The notes beneath the pieces are model-generated. The model was not told the DNA's origin. It searched no databases and was given only the letters and a program-made list of their open reading frames with translations. A program made the position numbers and the translations under genes. DNA of 64,000 bases from Tubulanus polymorphus (taxonomy: Eukaryota > Animalia > Nemertea): the NCBI RefSeq assembly GCF_964204645.1, contig NC_134031.1, positions 2,728,001 through 2,792,000 on the forward strand, given 5' to 3'. Below are positions 41,201 to 52,555 of the stretch, in pieces (positions within the stretch are counted from its first letter, which is position 1; each line of letters opens with the position of its first letter).

Positions 41201-44200
41201 TCAAACATCGGCTGAATTCACAAATAGACGCAAAAAATGATTCGGTTCTGTTGACTGTGTTTTCGCGCTCTGTTTCTAGACGACTACGCGATATACCCGC
41301 GGGCTATAAACTCACCGAGTTCATACAGGTTTTCGAAAGTTGCCGATTTCACGCCATTCTCTCTCTTTCTCTCATTTCAGGTGTCATCGTCTTCGGATCA
41401 GACCAGGAGGTCGGTCAACTGATGCAAGCGATAAGAAGAAACAACGCCAGCGGCCAATTTTCATGGATCGGCTCGGATGGCTGGGGAGCACGGGAGTTGG
41501 CTTATAAAGGCAACGAGTACGCTGTGAGTATCAAATTACCAATCAAAATGTCAGGAAATCTTGAAAACTATCTCACTGTGAGACACAGGAATAAGAAAAA
41601 CATTTATTTAAAGTCTCGGGTCTCCGAATATGCTATGTCGAACGGCAAATTGCCACCATTTCTAAGAAAACCAGTTATGATCATTCGAAAATGGGAATAG
41701 AATATCGAATTTATTGGAGAATTCATCTTAGAAATATGGAGACGTTTTCTTGGGTGGTCACGTTACGATTTGAGGTTCAGTGCCGCCACTCCTAATGACT
41801 CTTAGTTCTAATGTATCTTGAGACGGAGATCTGTAAATTACCCGTCTGACAGTGCGCAGCAGACGATTACCCATAATGCATTTCCCGACGGCGGATGAAA
41901 ATTACGGTTTGTAAAAAAAAAAACACGTTGCGTCACGTAAAAGACAAGACGGTTTGACAAGATACGGCGTTGTTTTATAAATAGATGTCTGTCATGCTTT
42001 ACGCAAGGTCACACTCGAACGACATGAATGAATGGATGATTTCATAAATTTATGAATAGATATGACATAAAAGATGACATGTTATTATGACGATAGAGGT
42101 GAGATTGTGAGAAAATGTAAAAATTCCAAATGTTAAAATTTCGATGTAACATAGCGAAAAAACGGCACAATATAGAAATGACCAGAAATGTATAACCAAT
42201 GTCTACGAACGATTCCTTTTTTAGAATCAGAATTAGAGTTTCCAAACTTCGAACGGAATAGTAACTGATTTTTAATCAAACCTCTATATCTGCTGATTGG
42301 ACGAAAGAATGCGACGGGAGAAATCAGGCCCAGGAATAAAAAGCCGAACGGTAAAAAAAATCACAGACTGTGATAGAAAAAAAAAAGATATTAATCGGGC
42401 TTTGAATATGATGGATTGGAAACGACCTCATTCTGGTGGTAGTGTCAAATTATGTATGAATAAACGGTTCCGTCGTGAGGTTCCAGGGCATAAAAAATGG
42501 CCGTTATTTATCACTCGTCCGGGACTGAAAAATGGTCCCTTGGCGCCGCGTATTTCATCGAAACATACAGATTAACAATTAGACACTCGTTAATGGAGAC
42601 ATTTAATCCCGCAGTGAGCCGAGTGACGGGCATCGTCTTATATAGAGCAACAACGCCTCGGGTTACTGCAGATTCCGTATAAATTCCCGATATCAACGTC
42701 TGGCGATGGAATGGCTCGGTATCATCTGTGATTAGTTGTCAATGATACCGCGATGCGTTTTTGCAGTCGTCGGACCGCTGATTAAGCGTTAAGAATACCG
42801 ATGGTAGTTAGCTCATTACGGTGACTGCGTGTCGACGACGGTCAGGCCAGATTGATGGCAAAACGTCTGTGCATTCACAATTTATCACAGATACGTGTCC
42901 TTCGTTATGACGGCAGCATTTCACCCACATAAATAAAGATATGTCTGCTGACTCTCATGTGTCTTCATCATTCGAGAAATTCGTAATCGTCCATCTATTC
43001 AGGGATCGTGGCTTAGATTTAAGGCCAGTATCTGAGACAATCTTTCCACGCGGTAAATCTAACAACTTGAGATCAGTCTCAACAGCATTAAGAACAATGA
43101 CCACTTTTGTTCATAAGTCTAAACTATGGAAACGGTCGCTGGGCCCAGTTCTATCCTGACTAGTTCGTTGTCAAACTCTAGAATCATAGTCCAACGCATA
43201 ACTTTGGACTTCGATGACATTAAGGCCTATTCCACTAATATCGGTCAGTCAAGTTCAAAGGAAAGTTCATAAAGGTTCGTGATCTTGGCACTAGAACCAG
43301 ACCCAGTTATATTCGTAAACAATGTTACAAGAAGTGGAAGCAAAAATAAAGACAAGAAGTCAAAACAAGTTATGGAAAACGATGCAGTCATGATTTATAG
43401 TTCCGACACGAATTTGTAGAATGAATTAGAAAACAAAACGATGGCTTTTTAAACTAAAAAAAACTTGGATTTAACAGCATAGATTTAGGGTAGGGTTAGG
43501 ATCTAGATTGCCGAAGGGGTTAAGGTCTAGGTGGTCTAGAGGGCTGAGTCCAATGAAGACGACCTTGAAAACTTTCGAAATCGATATCCACGGGATTAAT
43601 CTAGCGGAATAACTGTCTACAAAAATGAGCCGTGTTGTTCTCGGTGTTACCAGTTATTTCAGTTGTCGCACGTTTCAGAAAGTGCAAACCTAAAGAAGTA
43701 TTCCGTGATAAACTCCGCGTAAGAGGATTTCAATCAAAGCATCTTACTGCAATAGGTTTTTCTTTCTTCTCCCTTCACGTTCTTCATGAATATTCTGTAT
43801 TTTGTGTTTGCGAAAGTTGTTATCGTCGAGCGTTTTCGTAGCAAAAACGAATCACCGATATACGGGAAAGGGGAAGCGAGTCGGGGAAATCCGTTTAAAT
43901 CGCATTTATCTTTTTAAAAAATCAGTGATAAACAACGTTTTTACGATGACGCGAATCAATTTCAAAGGAGTGTGTGTCCTCGCCCGATAAACCAGAATAA
44001 CAGCACGATTCTGTCGTGAAATATTCACATTATTCTCATTGATAAATATGGACTCGATAATCCCAGTTCGATAAGCTATTTATGAAATTTCCGATGCCGG
44101 TATGTTCCCGAAGCCAAACGCACACGACGCAGGGAAACACGAAAAGAAACATGTTCGATCTCGGAAACATTTTCTGTGTTTCTCGTTGTTTCATCGTTAA

Positions 44201-47200
44201 TTCACTCGACAAAGGGAAACGCTCAGAAACATCTGTGTCCCGTTTCCTTGTTTCCCTGCGTCGTGTGCGTAACGTTTACATAAAAGCGAAGCCTAATCTT
44301 TACCGTTACTCAAATACAGGTCTTTTCGTAAATGGAAAAGAAATGATACGGTTTTATATGTTGTGCATTAAATGGGTCTCTTAACAGCTCTAACGCATCG
44401 ATCACATTTTCATTTCCTGTTGCACGGGTTTCAATATCGGTGAAGAATTGGTTGTGTTTTCGTTGTTGAAATTCACGGCGACGCGCGTCGTGTTTCTATT
44501 AACGGCGAGTCACATTTTCCCGTGTAGTGTAACAACAATCGATCGCTATATTGTCTAAATGTATTTGTCATGAAAAATGTTGTAGATTCGAGTTTGTCCT
44601 GATTAGAATTAATTTCCTATTTTTATCGGCGCTGTAACAATATTTTGACGGTAATCTGGCCGCCGACTTTCTGGCCATTTTTCCATTTATTCTTAGTATT
44701 TTGCGCACATTTTGCCAATTATCTTTCGCGGCGCAGATAAGAAGCCAATCAAGATCTGTGGCCATAAAAATTCGATCGTGCATTAATCACACGGTGCTAG
44801 GGCATTATCCCACGGGATGTCATGTCATTGCTGCACCGTCGTCGTTGAGAAGTTTCTCCAAAATCTGAGGTCAACGCGAACCTATTTCAGCTACCTATTG
44901 GTGAACTCCGGAATTCTTAGATATAGTCGACTGGATCTGATAACCGTGCGCACTATAGATGGATCTTACGTATTTCGCAGTGTCGGCCATCTGGGAGCTA
45001 CATCCGAACTACAGCGCCCGTGCTTAGTAGCGTGGTTCAATATTTCTGGGGCCGGTTTTATAGACTGGTATTAACCTCTAACCCCGGGGCTAGCTCAGTT
45101 CATTTTCAATTGAGTTAACCCCCGGGCTAAAGATAACACCAGTTTATAAAACCGGGCCCTTGACTATAGTTCTGTCTAACTGACATTCGGTTTCACTTAG
45201 TTCGCGAATAGTCGACTAACCCCCGTAACCGAAGTTCGCCCATGTAGTCTCTGATATTCACTAAAATGGCTGGTGGTCACGTATCCCCCCATCTGCTGGC
45301 CCCCTCCCCCTCCTGTGTCTCTACAATAAAAGGGAAATCACGGACTATTCGTTGTAGCAACACCAGATTGTTTTTGCGACGCTTCATTCCTGGGGGGCGT
45401 TTCCACCCCCGCTGCGAGAGTAGGGGGAAGATTTAGTTATAGTCGCTCTACGCAGTCACATCAACCTTGAGGGAAGTCTGACACGTTCGCGCGTCGTTTC
45501 GTATTTCCATCGTCGGCAAGAAAAGAACTCACGCCGCGCTGCCGTTAGGGCTAATGGCGGTATCTTACCACGATACTGCAATCCACGAGTTCTTCTCTCG
45601 GTCGGAAGACGATTTCTTAATCATCGCAACGTTTGAGGCTGTTGCATTAGTAATTTTTACTGTGATCTACGAAGAGTTCGGAGAAAGTTTCATCGGTGCT
45701 GTTTTTTAATAAACCTCTATTGCAAGTGAATAGCAAAATAGGCAGTGTGGTGGTGTGGTGGTAGATCAGCCGATAACGAGCTGAAATGAATTTTAATGAA
45801 TGAACTAATGAGTCCATTTTGCATATAAAAAAATGTATAGGGTTTTAGGAACATATCGTAAGCATGAATTTGCTTACAAGTGTAATAATGAAATACATGA
45901 ACCCCAGAGAGGTCGAGGCAGTGACTAATGCAGGTCGAACTTCTTAACAGAGTTATATACTCCGTTACATGTTATTGAGAGGTATTTGAAATTGTCTGAT
46001 ATTTTCGCAGGTGGAAGGCGCCGTGACTGTACAACCACTAGCCCAACCGGTGCAAGGTTTCGACGAATACTTTCTGGCACTGAGGCCAGAAAATAACAGC
46101 AGAAACCCGTGGTTTATCGAATACTGGGAAGACTACTTCCAATGCAAATACCCGAATACGAGTTTCACACCTTATAACGATCGTTACACGAAACCATGCA
46201 CGCCTAACATGACACAAACACTAGAAAACGGCTACAGTCCAGAACTACAACTTCAGTTCGTCAGTGACGCCGTAATGGCTTTTGCACACGCGATTCGGGT
46301 AAGATTCAGAATCCATTTCTAGACGGCCTTTTGTAGTAAAATGCGGTTAAGGTTGTTCGTAGTACAGCATCTAGCTAGCTTTTTCCAGCTGCCGCGTGGA
46401 ACCGCTCGTGAAAACAAGGCTTAAGCACTTCTTCCCTTGTATTGCAATATGAGAATCATATCATGGACGTATAGACTAGAAAACTCATGTTTATCCATGA
46501 TCATACTTAAACTGGTATCGTTTTGTTGTCTTATTATCATTAGCATTATCATCATAAGGTCATTGCGCAATAAGCGCACAGAGGTGCAGTTCTACAGTGG
46601 TGTACCATAAGTCGAAAATTTCCAAATGATTACGGGTGTCTGTAAGTCAATGGTGTAATCGTAATATTTGTAGAATATGCATAAAGACGCTTGTGGACGT
46701 GACTATCACGGACTATGCCCAACTATGCAACCGGTTGCTGGTAACGTTCTGAGGAATTATCTGCTCGATGTAAAATTCAAAGGTATATCTTCATTCTATC
46801 GGTAAGAGTCTTTAATTAACGTACAACCCGTACAATTAATTAGGCTAATGGTTTTCTCTTCACGCGCAGGTCTTTCAAATATGGAGTTCCGCTTTGACAA
46901 GAACGGCGACGGGCCGTCGCGATATCGGATATTGAACTTCAAACAAACGAGCCAAGGTCATTTCGAATGGCAGGAAGTTGGAAGATTCCAGGATTCGACG
47001 TTGAAGGTCACTATTAATAGGTGTCGCTTTTGCATGACGTCGACCTTGAATAACATTTTTATTGCTTATAAATAATAATATGCTTCCGTATAATCTATAA
47101 CCGTAACGTACTTAAAGTTGAATCTCATTAACCAAATTATGTAAAGCTGTGTGGACCAAGAAAATAAAAATTCATCTATTCTATCTAGAACAAGCCTAAT

Positions 47201-50200
47201 ATTTGAAGTTTAAATTTTTTCCAGATTTATGTTACAAAGTCGACTTGAAACCGAGGTATTTTTTATAATCTATGTTTTGTAGGTCGATAAGAATAAGCTT
47301 CAATTTCGCGCTCTAGAACCGGTGCACCCTACATCTGTGTGCAGCACGCCTTGTCATTTCGGTCAGGCTAGAGTCTACCTGACCGGCGACGAATGTTGCT
47401 GGACGTGCGTCAACTGTAGTCGATACCAGTACCTGGCTTCAGAGGACAAATGCGTGTACTGCCAGCCCGGATCATTACCCGATAAACTGAAACAACACTG
47501 CGTGCCGATACCGGAGGAGTATATGAGGAGGGATAGCCCGATAGCGATAGCGGCGATGATTTACGCAGCTGCTGGGATTATTGTGACATTGTTCGTAATC
47601 GCCGTGTTTACGCGCCATCGCGACACCCCCGTCGTGAAAGCGTCAGGAAGAGAGCTTAGTTTCGTCCTATTAGCCGGAATTCTGATGTGTTTCGGCATGA
47701 CATTCGTCATCACGACCAAGCCGAACGATTACGTTTGCGGCGCGCAGAAGTTCGGCGTAGGATTTTGTTTTTCTGTCTGCTACGCGGCTTTATTGACCAA
47801 AACGAACCGGATCGCGCGCATATTCCGCGCCGGTAAACGAACGGCTCGCAGACCGCGGTTTATCAGTCCTTTATCCCAAATGATAATATGTGTATGGATA
47901 GTAATGCTCCAGATAGTGATTGGCGTCGTTTGGCTGATATTCAGTCCTCCACAAGCCGGTCCTCACTACCCGACGCGCGACGAGCACCAACTAGTGTGTT
48001 TATCGGCCGTCGGGCCTTCCTACATGATCGGATTCTCGTATCCAATATTACTCATCGTCATCTGTACAATATACGCCATACTCACGCGAAAAATACCAGA
48101 AGCATTTAACGAATCTAAACATATAGGCTTCGCCATGTATACGACATGTATTATATGGCTGGCTTTCGTTCCTATATATTTCAGTACGGCTAATAACATC
48201 GGTATAAGACTCGGGACGATGTGTTTTTCGATCAGTCTCAGCGCCACCGTGTCGTTAGTCTGTTTATTCACGCCGAAACTGTACATAATACTATTGCACC
48301 CGGAGAGAAACGTCCGACAATCGATGATGTCATCGAAAAGCCTTTCCAAACAGAACTCGACGTCGCATAGTCGCGTAGACTCAGGTACCCAATCAGATGG
48401 TGAGAATAATGTGTTTTTAATGTGTTCTTGCACGCCGGTTTCATCGACATGTACAGCATGCCCGTCACGTAGTTAAATTCGTCCCTTCCGTTCTTTTATA
48501 GGCCTTTCCATGGCAAACGGCTGCCTCCTTAAATCACGCTGTGACATCATCAAATCACCTACTTCACTGGTTCAATCTATTCAGCTATGTTTTCTGGGAG
48601 TATCATATTCGGCCCGGATCAAACAGGCACGGGCACGCTTGGCAATCGTGTGAACGGTTGGCCCTGGCCTTATCTGGTTCGGATCAAATTTGGCCCGAGC
48701 CATAAGCGCTCGTGTGGTCGTGGCTTAGAGCAAACGAAAGTAGGTGATATGATGATGTCATAGGGTGATATAGGGGCACCCATCTTTTGGGAAAGGTTCA
48801 TTCACGTCATAGTTTTGCCATCCGGTCAGCGATGATTTTGGTGTTAGCATCCTCCAGATATAGTACATTCCTTATCATCATTTTTACTGAGGAGTTAAAA
48901 TGGATTTCCTAATATGTAATAGAGCTATGCATTCCCCAAAGTCGAGTAAAGGGCTGTATGTATTCGGTATACATTTGCATGGAATTTGTTTAATAAATCC
49001 ATTGAATTTAGTTCATTTTGTTCATGATTAGATTAATGTGGTTGTTGTTGTTTTCATCCGTTGTTATTTTGTGTATATATTGCAGAAATTGTACTGCTTG
49101 GACCCGACACCAGACGTCGACTAGGAGTTATTGTAGACCTAAACACCTAGTGGGTATTAATGTAGCTTTCGATTTCTTAAGTTCTGCCAAAGTTGCTCGG
49201 CTTTCTCTAGGCTTTAATCGTTCCCTTGTACCGGCGCTTGTTTGTGGAGAATATTAAAGGCGAAAGACTGTCAAACTCATCCGATTCAGAACCTTCTGCG
49301 ATAGATCTTAGCATTAGAAAAAATGTTACAGCGAAATTATGATTCCCTCACTGTCAGGGTATATTATATATTCATTGAATTCATCGAAATAAAGAAGCTT
49401 CAAGACGTGTTTGAATAATAGAGTGTAAAAATGTACCAGTACCACCGATTTTTGATTATCTCTCAATTCTCTTTTCATATCTAGCCTACTTTATTCCTCA
49501 GGTAGAGTGCTAGCCTCTCTCCCGGCGATCACTCGAATTTTCAAATACACGTAGTATCAGTTTGTTTGTTCTTAAGTATTGAATTGATTACCAGCCCCAG
49601 TTCCAAAGTTCTGTGTTGGTCGAAGCATTGAAAATAAACTGATCATGATTTTAGGATCAAACTAACTGATCATAATTTTAGGATCAAACTATAAACTGTA
49701 TAACTGGTTCCACAGGACCCAGCTTAACAGTATCGGATCTGACCAAATGAATATGAAGTAATTTCTATGGAACTGGTAACAAAGCTGTACGTAACATGAT
49801 AATGCCCACTCCATAGGCTGAACCGATATCATTTATTATGTTCAGGTATTTTGAAATGTGTATTATCGGTGGATTAACTAGATTTGTTAGCTTCCCTAAA
49901 CAAGTGACTATCTGTAGATTCAATCGAAGAAAAAAACCACAATTATGAAGAAAAACAAAGAGAGTAACAACTTTTCGACTCAATTCTATGAGCCATTTTC
50001 AAACTCGAAAAAAGGAACAGTTTGGAAAATAGCTCATAGAATTTAGCTGAATTATCAATACTCTCTTAATTTCTCTCTTTACTGTTGGTTGTTTCTTTAA
50101 GCTGAAATTGCTTTGAAACACGTTGTCCTGCTTTCCAATAACCGATGTTGCTGTTAGTCGTTGGATTTAGTCAAACGAATGTCTGTCCGATCGCCATATT

Positions 50201-51980
50201 GCTGTAAATACCATCGCACGTGACTCGGAACATTTCCCACTCGTCACCTCAGAAAAAAAGCGCCGTTTATTCGATATATTTCATCAATCCCGTCATGATT
50301 TCAATTCACTTTGTTTTTCAAACGGCCTCGACGACGGCGTCGCGTCGACGGTCTCTCATTTTTCATCTCTCGTCTAAGAACATGACTTCCTGGCGGAAAG
50401 TGATCCGCTAGAAAATAATTTCCGTAAAGACTTAGCACGATCGCAACGGGTATGAATTCTTACATCCCAATTTGCAAATTGACAAGATCTGATGGAGTAG
50501 GAACTAATATGAAAATCAATTTCTGGTTAGAAATTGTCGAACGGACGAACGATCAACCTGCGTCGTGGCCGAACGATGCTCGGTTTTCGACGCGGAAAAT
50601 GAAATATTTACATTAACGCAATCCTAGCCGCCGAATGTACAACCTATGATTATAAATTACATGTTAAGATAAACAATGAATTAATTTTCTGTAGTTTGCG
50701 TGGTTTTCAACGCGTCGGAATCAATTACCCAAGCAACAGCTTCGTGAAATATGATAAATCATTGTAGGATCAATATTAGCTCTTTGTATTCGTCGCCGAG
50801 ACTACGTAGCCATTTTCAATTATATGCCCCGGTCTGGTACTATAAAGCCGCTCGAATTTGCCGAAAAAATGTTTCTGTCTGGAAGCCAATTGCTCAAGGC
50901 CAGCTTGTGACAGACAGATAAGGCGTTTTATCCCGTCTTTGCACCGAATTCACCTAATGTGTCAACCTTGGTCTCCCCGGCGAATTCAATCACAGAAAAT
51001 TTACCTGATCTGTCACGGGCGTTAGAAATCTCCGAACTGCCTTTTTAAGCTACCATAGAATTACCATCGATTGCGATATTTGGAAAAAAAGTTCTTCGAA
51101 ACACGAAATGAGTCGTTTGCGGCTTTCGTGTGTCTGCGGGTCTCGTCTGCGATTGCTCGGTGAGAATTGAATCCCGACAGACGATACACATCCTACGTCT
51201 ACCTCCATTAAACATGTATGACTTCAATCAGTCACCTTCAAGCTGTAGAAAAAACCGGTCGGGGGTTTGACGCCGTCGTCGCTGCATGCACGACGCGTTT
51301 GAACTGCGAAATTGGTGAAATGTAATTTACTGAAAAATTTCTATTGAAACTGGAGACGAGAACGCGTGGAATTGTTCTATTAACCACACTGTGTTATACG
51401 TTTTAACTGTAACTTTATTCCGTTTCGGTTAATCATTTGATACCCTGTGTTGTCTATTTACATCTACGTTTCTCTAACAAACCTATTCTGATTACACGGA
51501 GACCTGGCGGGGGAGGGAGCCATAGCGTGTAAAATATGTATCTACTTATTCACGGTTAAAGACGAAACACAATCTAATCGTCATTAGCAACTAGACAAAT
51601 CCAAGTGTGGGCTTTTCTGAGAAAGTATTTGAAAGGTTTTATCGTACTTGGTGCTGGGGTCTTCCTTGGTTATTCAAATTACAGTAAGATCTAATATCGT
51701 TCTCCGATAATAAGAGCAATTCAGTAATTCACTTAGATATTTTCCAACACACCTAATACAGTCTGGATCGTACCGGCGGATAAAATGTATCGACAATTCT
51801 ATTATTTCAGCGGAAATGGAACTGCACCAAAGACTAAAGCCGTCGACTTCGATGAGCAGCGGGCTGAGTCGTTCTACATCAGTAACAGGGACACAGACTT
51901 ATAGTAACGGTACAAGCATTAGTACGCAGACTCTAGACAGCGTCGGTCGTGTGTTCGACGACATGGATGTGGCTTTATAG
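32120..51980 (+). CDS. mtt: Class C GPCR, metabotropic glutamate receptor family, mXR/mangetout-like; 5'-partial, 9 exons, about 806 aa in window
   Basis: Exons 32120-32262, 39110-39280, 40150-40291, 41381-41523, 46011-46298, 46674-46782, 46870-47006, 47283-48399, 51811-51980. All introns are GT-AG with compatible phases. Venus flytrap motifs (GVVAAASSVTSIQVANLLKLFHIPQVSFFSTS, RTIPSD, SWIGSDGW, NNSRNPWFIEYWE), a Cys-rich domain (SVCSTPC..CCWTC..C) and 7TM motifs (KASGRELS, TKTNRIARIF, RKIPEAFNESKHIGFAMYTTCIIWLAFVPIYF, FTPKLYIILLHPERN). GSISNI, KDSGVA, IVFGSDQEV and QLQFVSDAVMAFA are recalled as mXR/mtt-type strings. Family call is firm; the symbol is an orthology inference. Confidence 0.93.
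32807..32926 (+). mobile_element. Fold-back element with degenerate hammerhead-like core
   Basis: Arms CCAGAAATGTTTTCC (32822-32836) and GGAAAACATTTTGG (32894-32907) flank GUGAAGA-U-GGCUAU-uuaaau-AUAGUC-GAAA-CGUC at 32840-32873. Confidence 0.5.
34513..34648 (+). mobile_element. 3' tail of a non-LTR retroelement (LINE/SINE-like)
   Basis: Stem GGGCGACTGG/CCAGTCGTCC (34513-34564), AATAAA at 34629-34634, then an (ACAT)3 tail. Confidence 0.55.
37365..37472. mobile_element. Family D, internally deleted copy
   Basis: Same two outer arms as 39732-40068, joined at a single GCCACGGC (37411-37418); a further fragment lies at about 40469-40507. Confidence 0.7.
39110..39280 (+). CDS. mGluR/mXR-like exon (VSFFSTS...ESSYGVK)
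   Basis: Acceptor gtttcag, donor gtacgt; 171 nt, phase 0-0. Confidence 0.93.
39368..39491. mobile_element. MITE family A, diverged copy
   Basis: CAGTTGTACAGTC...CTATAGCCAATCTAAC...AGTCGCGACTGTGGAACTG is colinear with the 26861 copy. Confidence 0.65.
39732..40068. mobile_element. Family D long fold-back element (about 337 bp, about 95-bp arms)
   Basis: GCAGGGATTCGAACCTGATGGCATCG..GCCACGGCACGAA.CCCTGC..GACCG.GTGCGCAG.TACATGCGCAG is mirrored at 39969-40068; inner inverted CCAATCAGA/TCTGATTGG. Confidence 0.8.
40150..40291 (+). CDS. mGluR/mXR-like exon (GIQTVEEHL...KRAR)
   Basis: Acceptor ttgcag with weak pyrimidine tract, donor gtaatg; phase 0-1; VCVA and KDSGVA motifs. Confidence 0.87.
41381..41523 (+). 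CDS. mGluR/mXR-like exon (VIVFGSDQEV...WIGSDGW...EYA)
   Basis: Strong pyrimidine tract plus cag, donor gtgagt; phase 1-0. Confidence 0.93.
43004..43146. mobile_element. MITE family A, diverged copy
   Basis: GGCTTAGATTTAAGGCCAG...ATCTAACAACTTGAGATCAGTCT...GACCACTTTTG...CTGGGCCC. Confidence 0.55.
44111..44270. mobile_element. MITE family C
   Basis: Perfect 22-bp inverted repeat ACGCACACGACGCAGGGAAACA at 44118-44139 and 44249-44270; internal GAAAC/GTTTC subrepeats. Confidence 0.75.
45049..45158. mobile_element. 110-bp palindromic MITE nested in a family B copy
   Basis: About 48-bp imperfect arms GGGCCGGTTTTATAGACTGGT.../...ACCAGTTTATAAAACCGGGCC; flanks CTG/CTT; family B sequence resumes on both sides. 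Confidence 0.75.
46011..46298 (+). CDS. mGluR/mXR-like exon (VEGAVTV...NPWF...AFAHAIR)
   Basis: Acceptor tttcgcag, donor gtaaga; 288 nt, phase 0-0. Confidence 0.93.
46674..46782 (+). CDS. mGluR/mXR-like exon (NMHKDACG...GLCP...DVKFK), absent from the ORF track
   Basis: Acceptor tttgtag, donor gtatat; phase 0-1; conserved MH..C...GLC motif. Confidence 0.9.
46870..47006 (+). CDS. mGluR/mXR-like exon (FRFDKNGDGPSRYRILNF...WQEVG)
   Basis: Acceptor cgcgcag; donor AAG|gtcact is weak but required by phase; phase 1-0. Confidence 0.88.
47283..48399 (+). CDS. mGluR/mXR-like exon: Cys-rich domain, 7TM domain and proximal C-tail
   Basis: Acceptor ttttgtag, donor gtgaga; same frame as ORF 47322-48476; seven hydrophobic segments with class C signatures. 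Confidence 0.95.
48501..48798. mobile_element. TIR element (about 300 bp) with probable nested fragment
   Basis: About 32-bp inverted pair ATCACGCTGTGACATCATCAAATCACCTACTT / AAGTAGGTGATATGATGATGTCATAGGGTGAT plus outer CCTTTCC/GGAAAGG. Confidence 0.6.
49959..50067 (-). mobile_element. Fold-back element whose arm is a hammerhead-like motif; related copy at about 57176-57212
   Basis: Arms AATTCTATGAGCCATTTTCAAACT and AGTTTGGAAAATAGCTCATAGAATT (49982-50043). The minus strand reads UUGAAAA-U-GGCUC-auagaauu-GAGUC-GAAA-AGUU. Confidence 0.45.
51811..51980 (+). CDS. Probable terminal exon of mGluR/mXR-like gene (EMELHQRLKP...FDDMDVAL*)
   Basis: Acceptor tatttcag; phase 1 matches the upstream exon; open Ser/Thr-rich frame to TAG at 51978-51980; hydrophobic C-terminus; AATAAA at about 52013. 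Confidence 0.72.
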
Positions 51981-52433
51981 CGTCTCCCCAGTGACGTGTC
52001 AGTCGGTGTAAAAATAAATTCAATTTCATTCGATGTGTAATAATAACGTACTGATATTCCATAGAGATTTCACAAAGATGATTAGTTTTTTACCTGTAAC
52101 TATATATATATACATACATATGACAAAAATATGGTGTTCAAAACTTGAGAGAGTGTTGTTGAATAGCGGGAACTCGTAGAATCTTTATATCACTTCATTA
52201 ACTCAATTAATTATGAAATAAATTATGGAATTCTTGATTCAGAACGTAAAGACTGTGGTACAGGGTTATGTAGGTTTTGCGCGTAACGTTATATTTTGTT
52301 TGCCGGTCAGTGCGGGAGATCAATATGATAATCAGGATCCAATTCCGGACCACAATGAGATGTGGGTTAAGATTCGACTCAGAGTTAGGTCATCGACTAT
52401 TCCTAGTTACGAGACGTGTGTCTAAACATACCT

Positions 52434-52555
52434 GGGGCTAGACCAAAATTGGTCACAAATCTTAAGTCTGGTATTAAGTTGTAATATTAGCTATACAACT
52501 GAAAAAATCTTAGACCGGTCTTAAGTCCGAGCCATTGACTATATGGAACTGGCTC
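52434..52555. mobile_element. MITE family A, reverse-orientation copy in the probable 3' UTR of the GPCR gene
   Basis: Reverse complement matches the family A interior (TCTTAAGTCTGG, AGCTATA, GGTCTTAAGTC, GGAACTGGC). Further partial copies at about 33524-33581, 49594-49710 and 58466-58491. Confidence 0.55.

Noticed and set aside
43485-43545. Telomere-like TTAGGG variants
   Set aside because: Two or three degenerate units only; not an array.
46783-46869. Possible U12-type intron (GTATAT donor)
   Set aside because: Does not match GTATCCTT and lacks a TCCTTAAC branch site.
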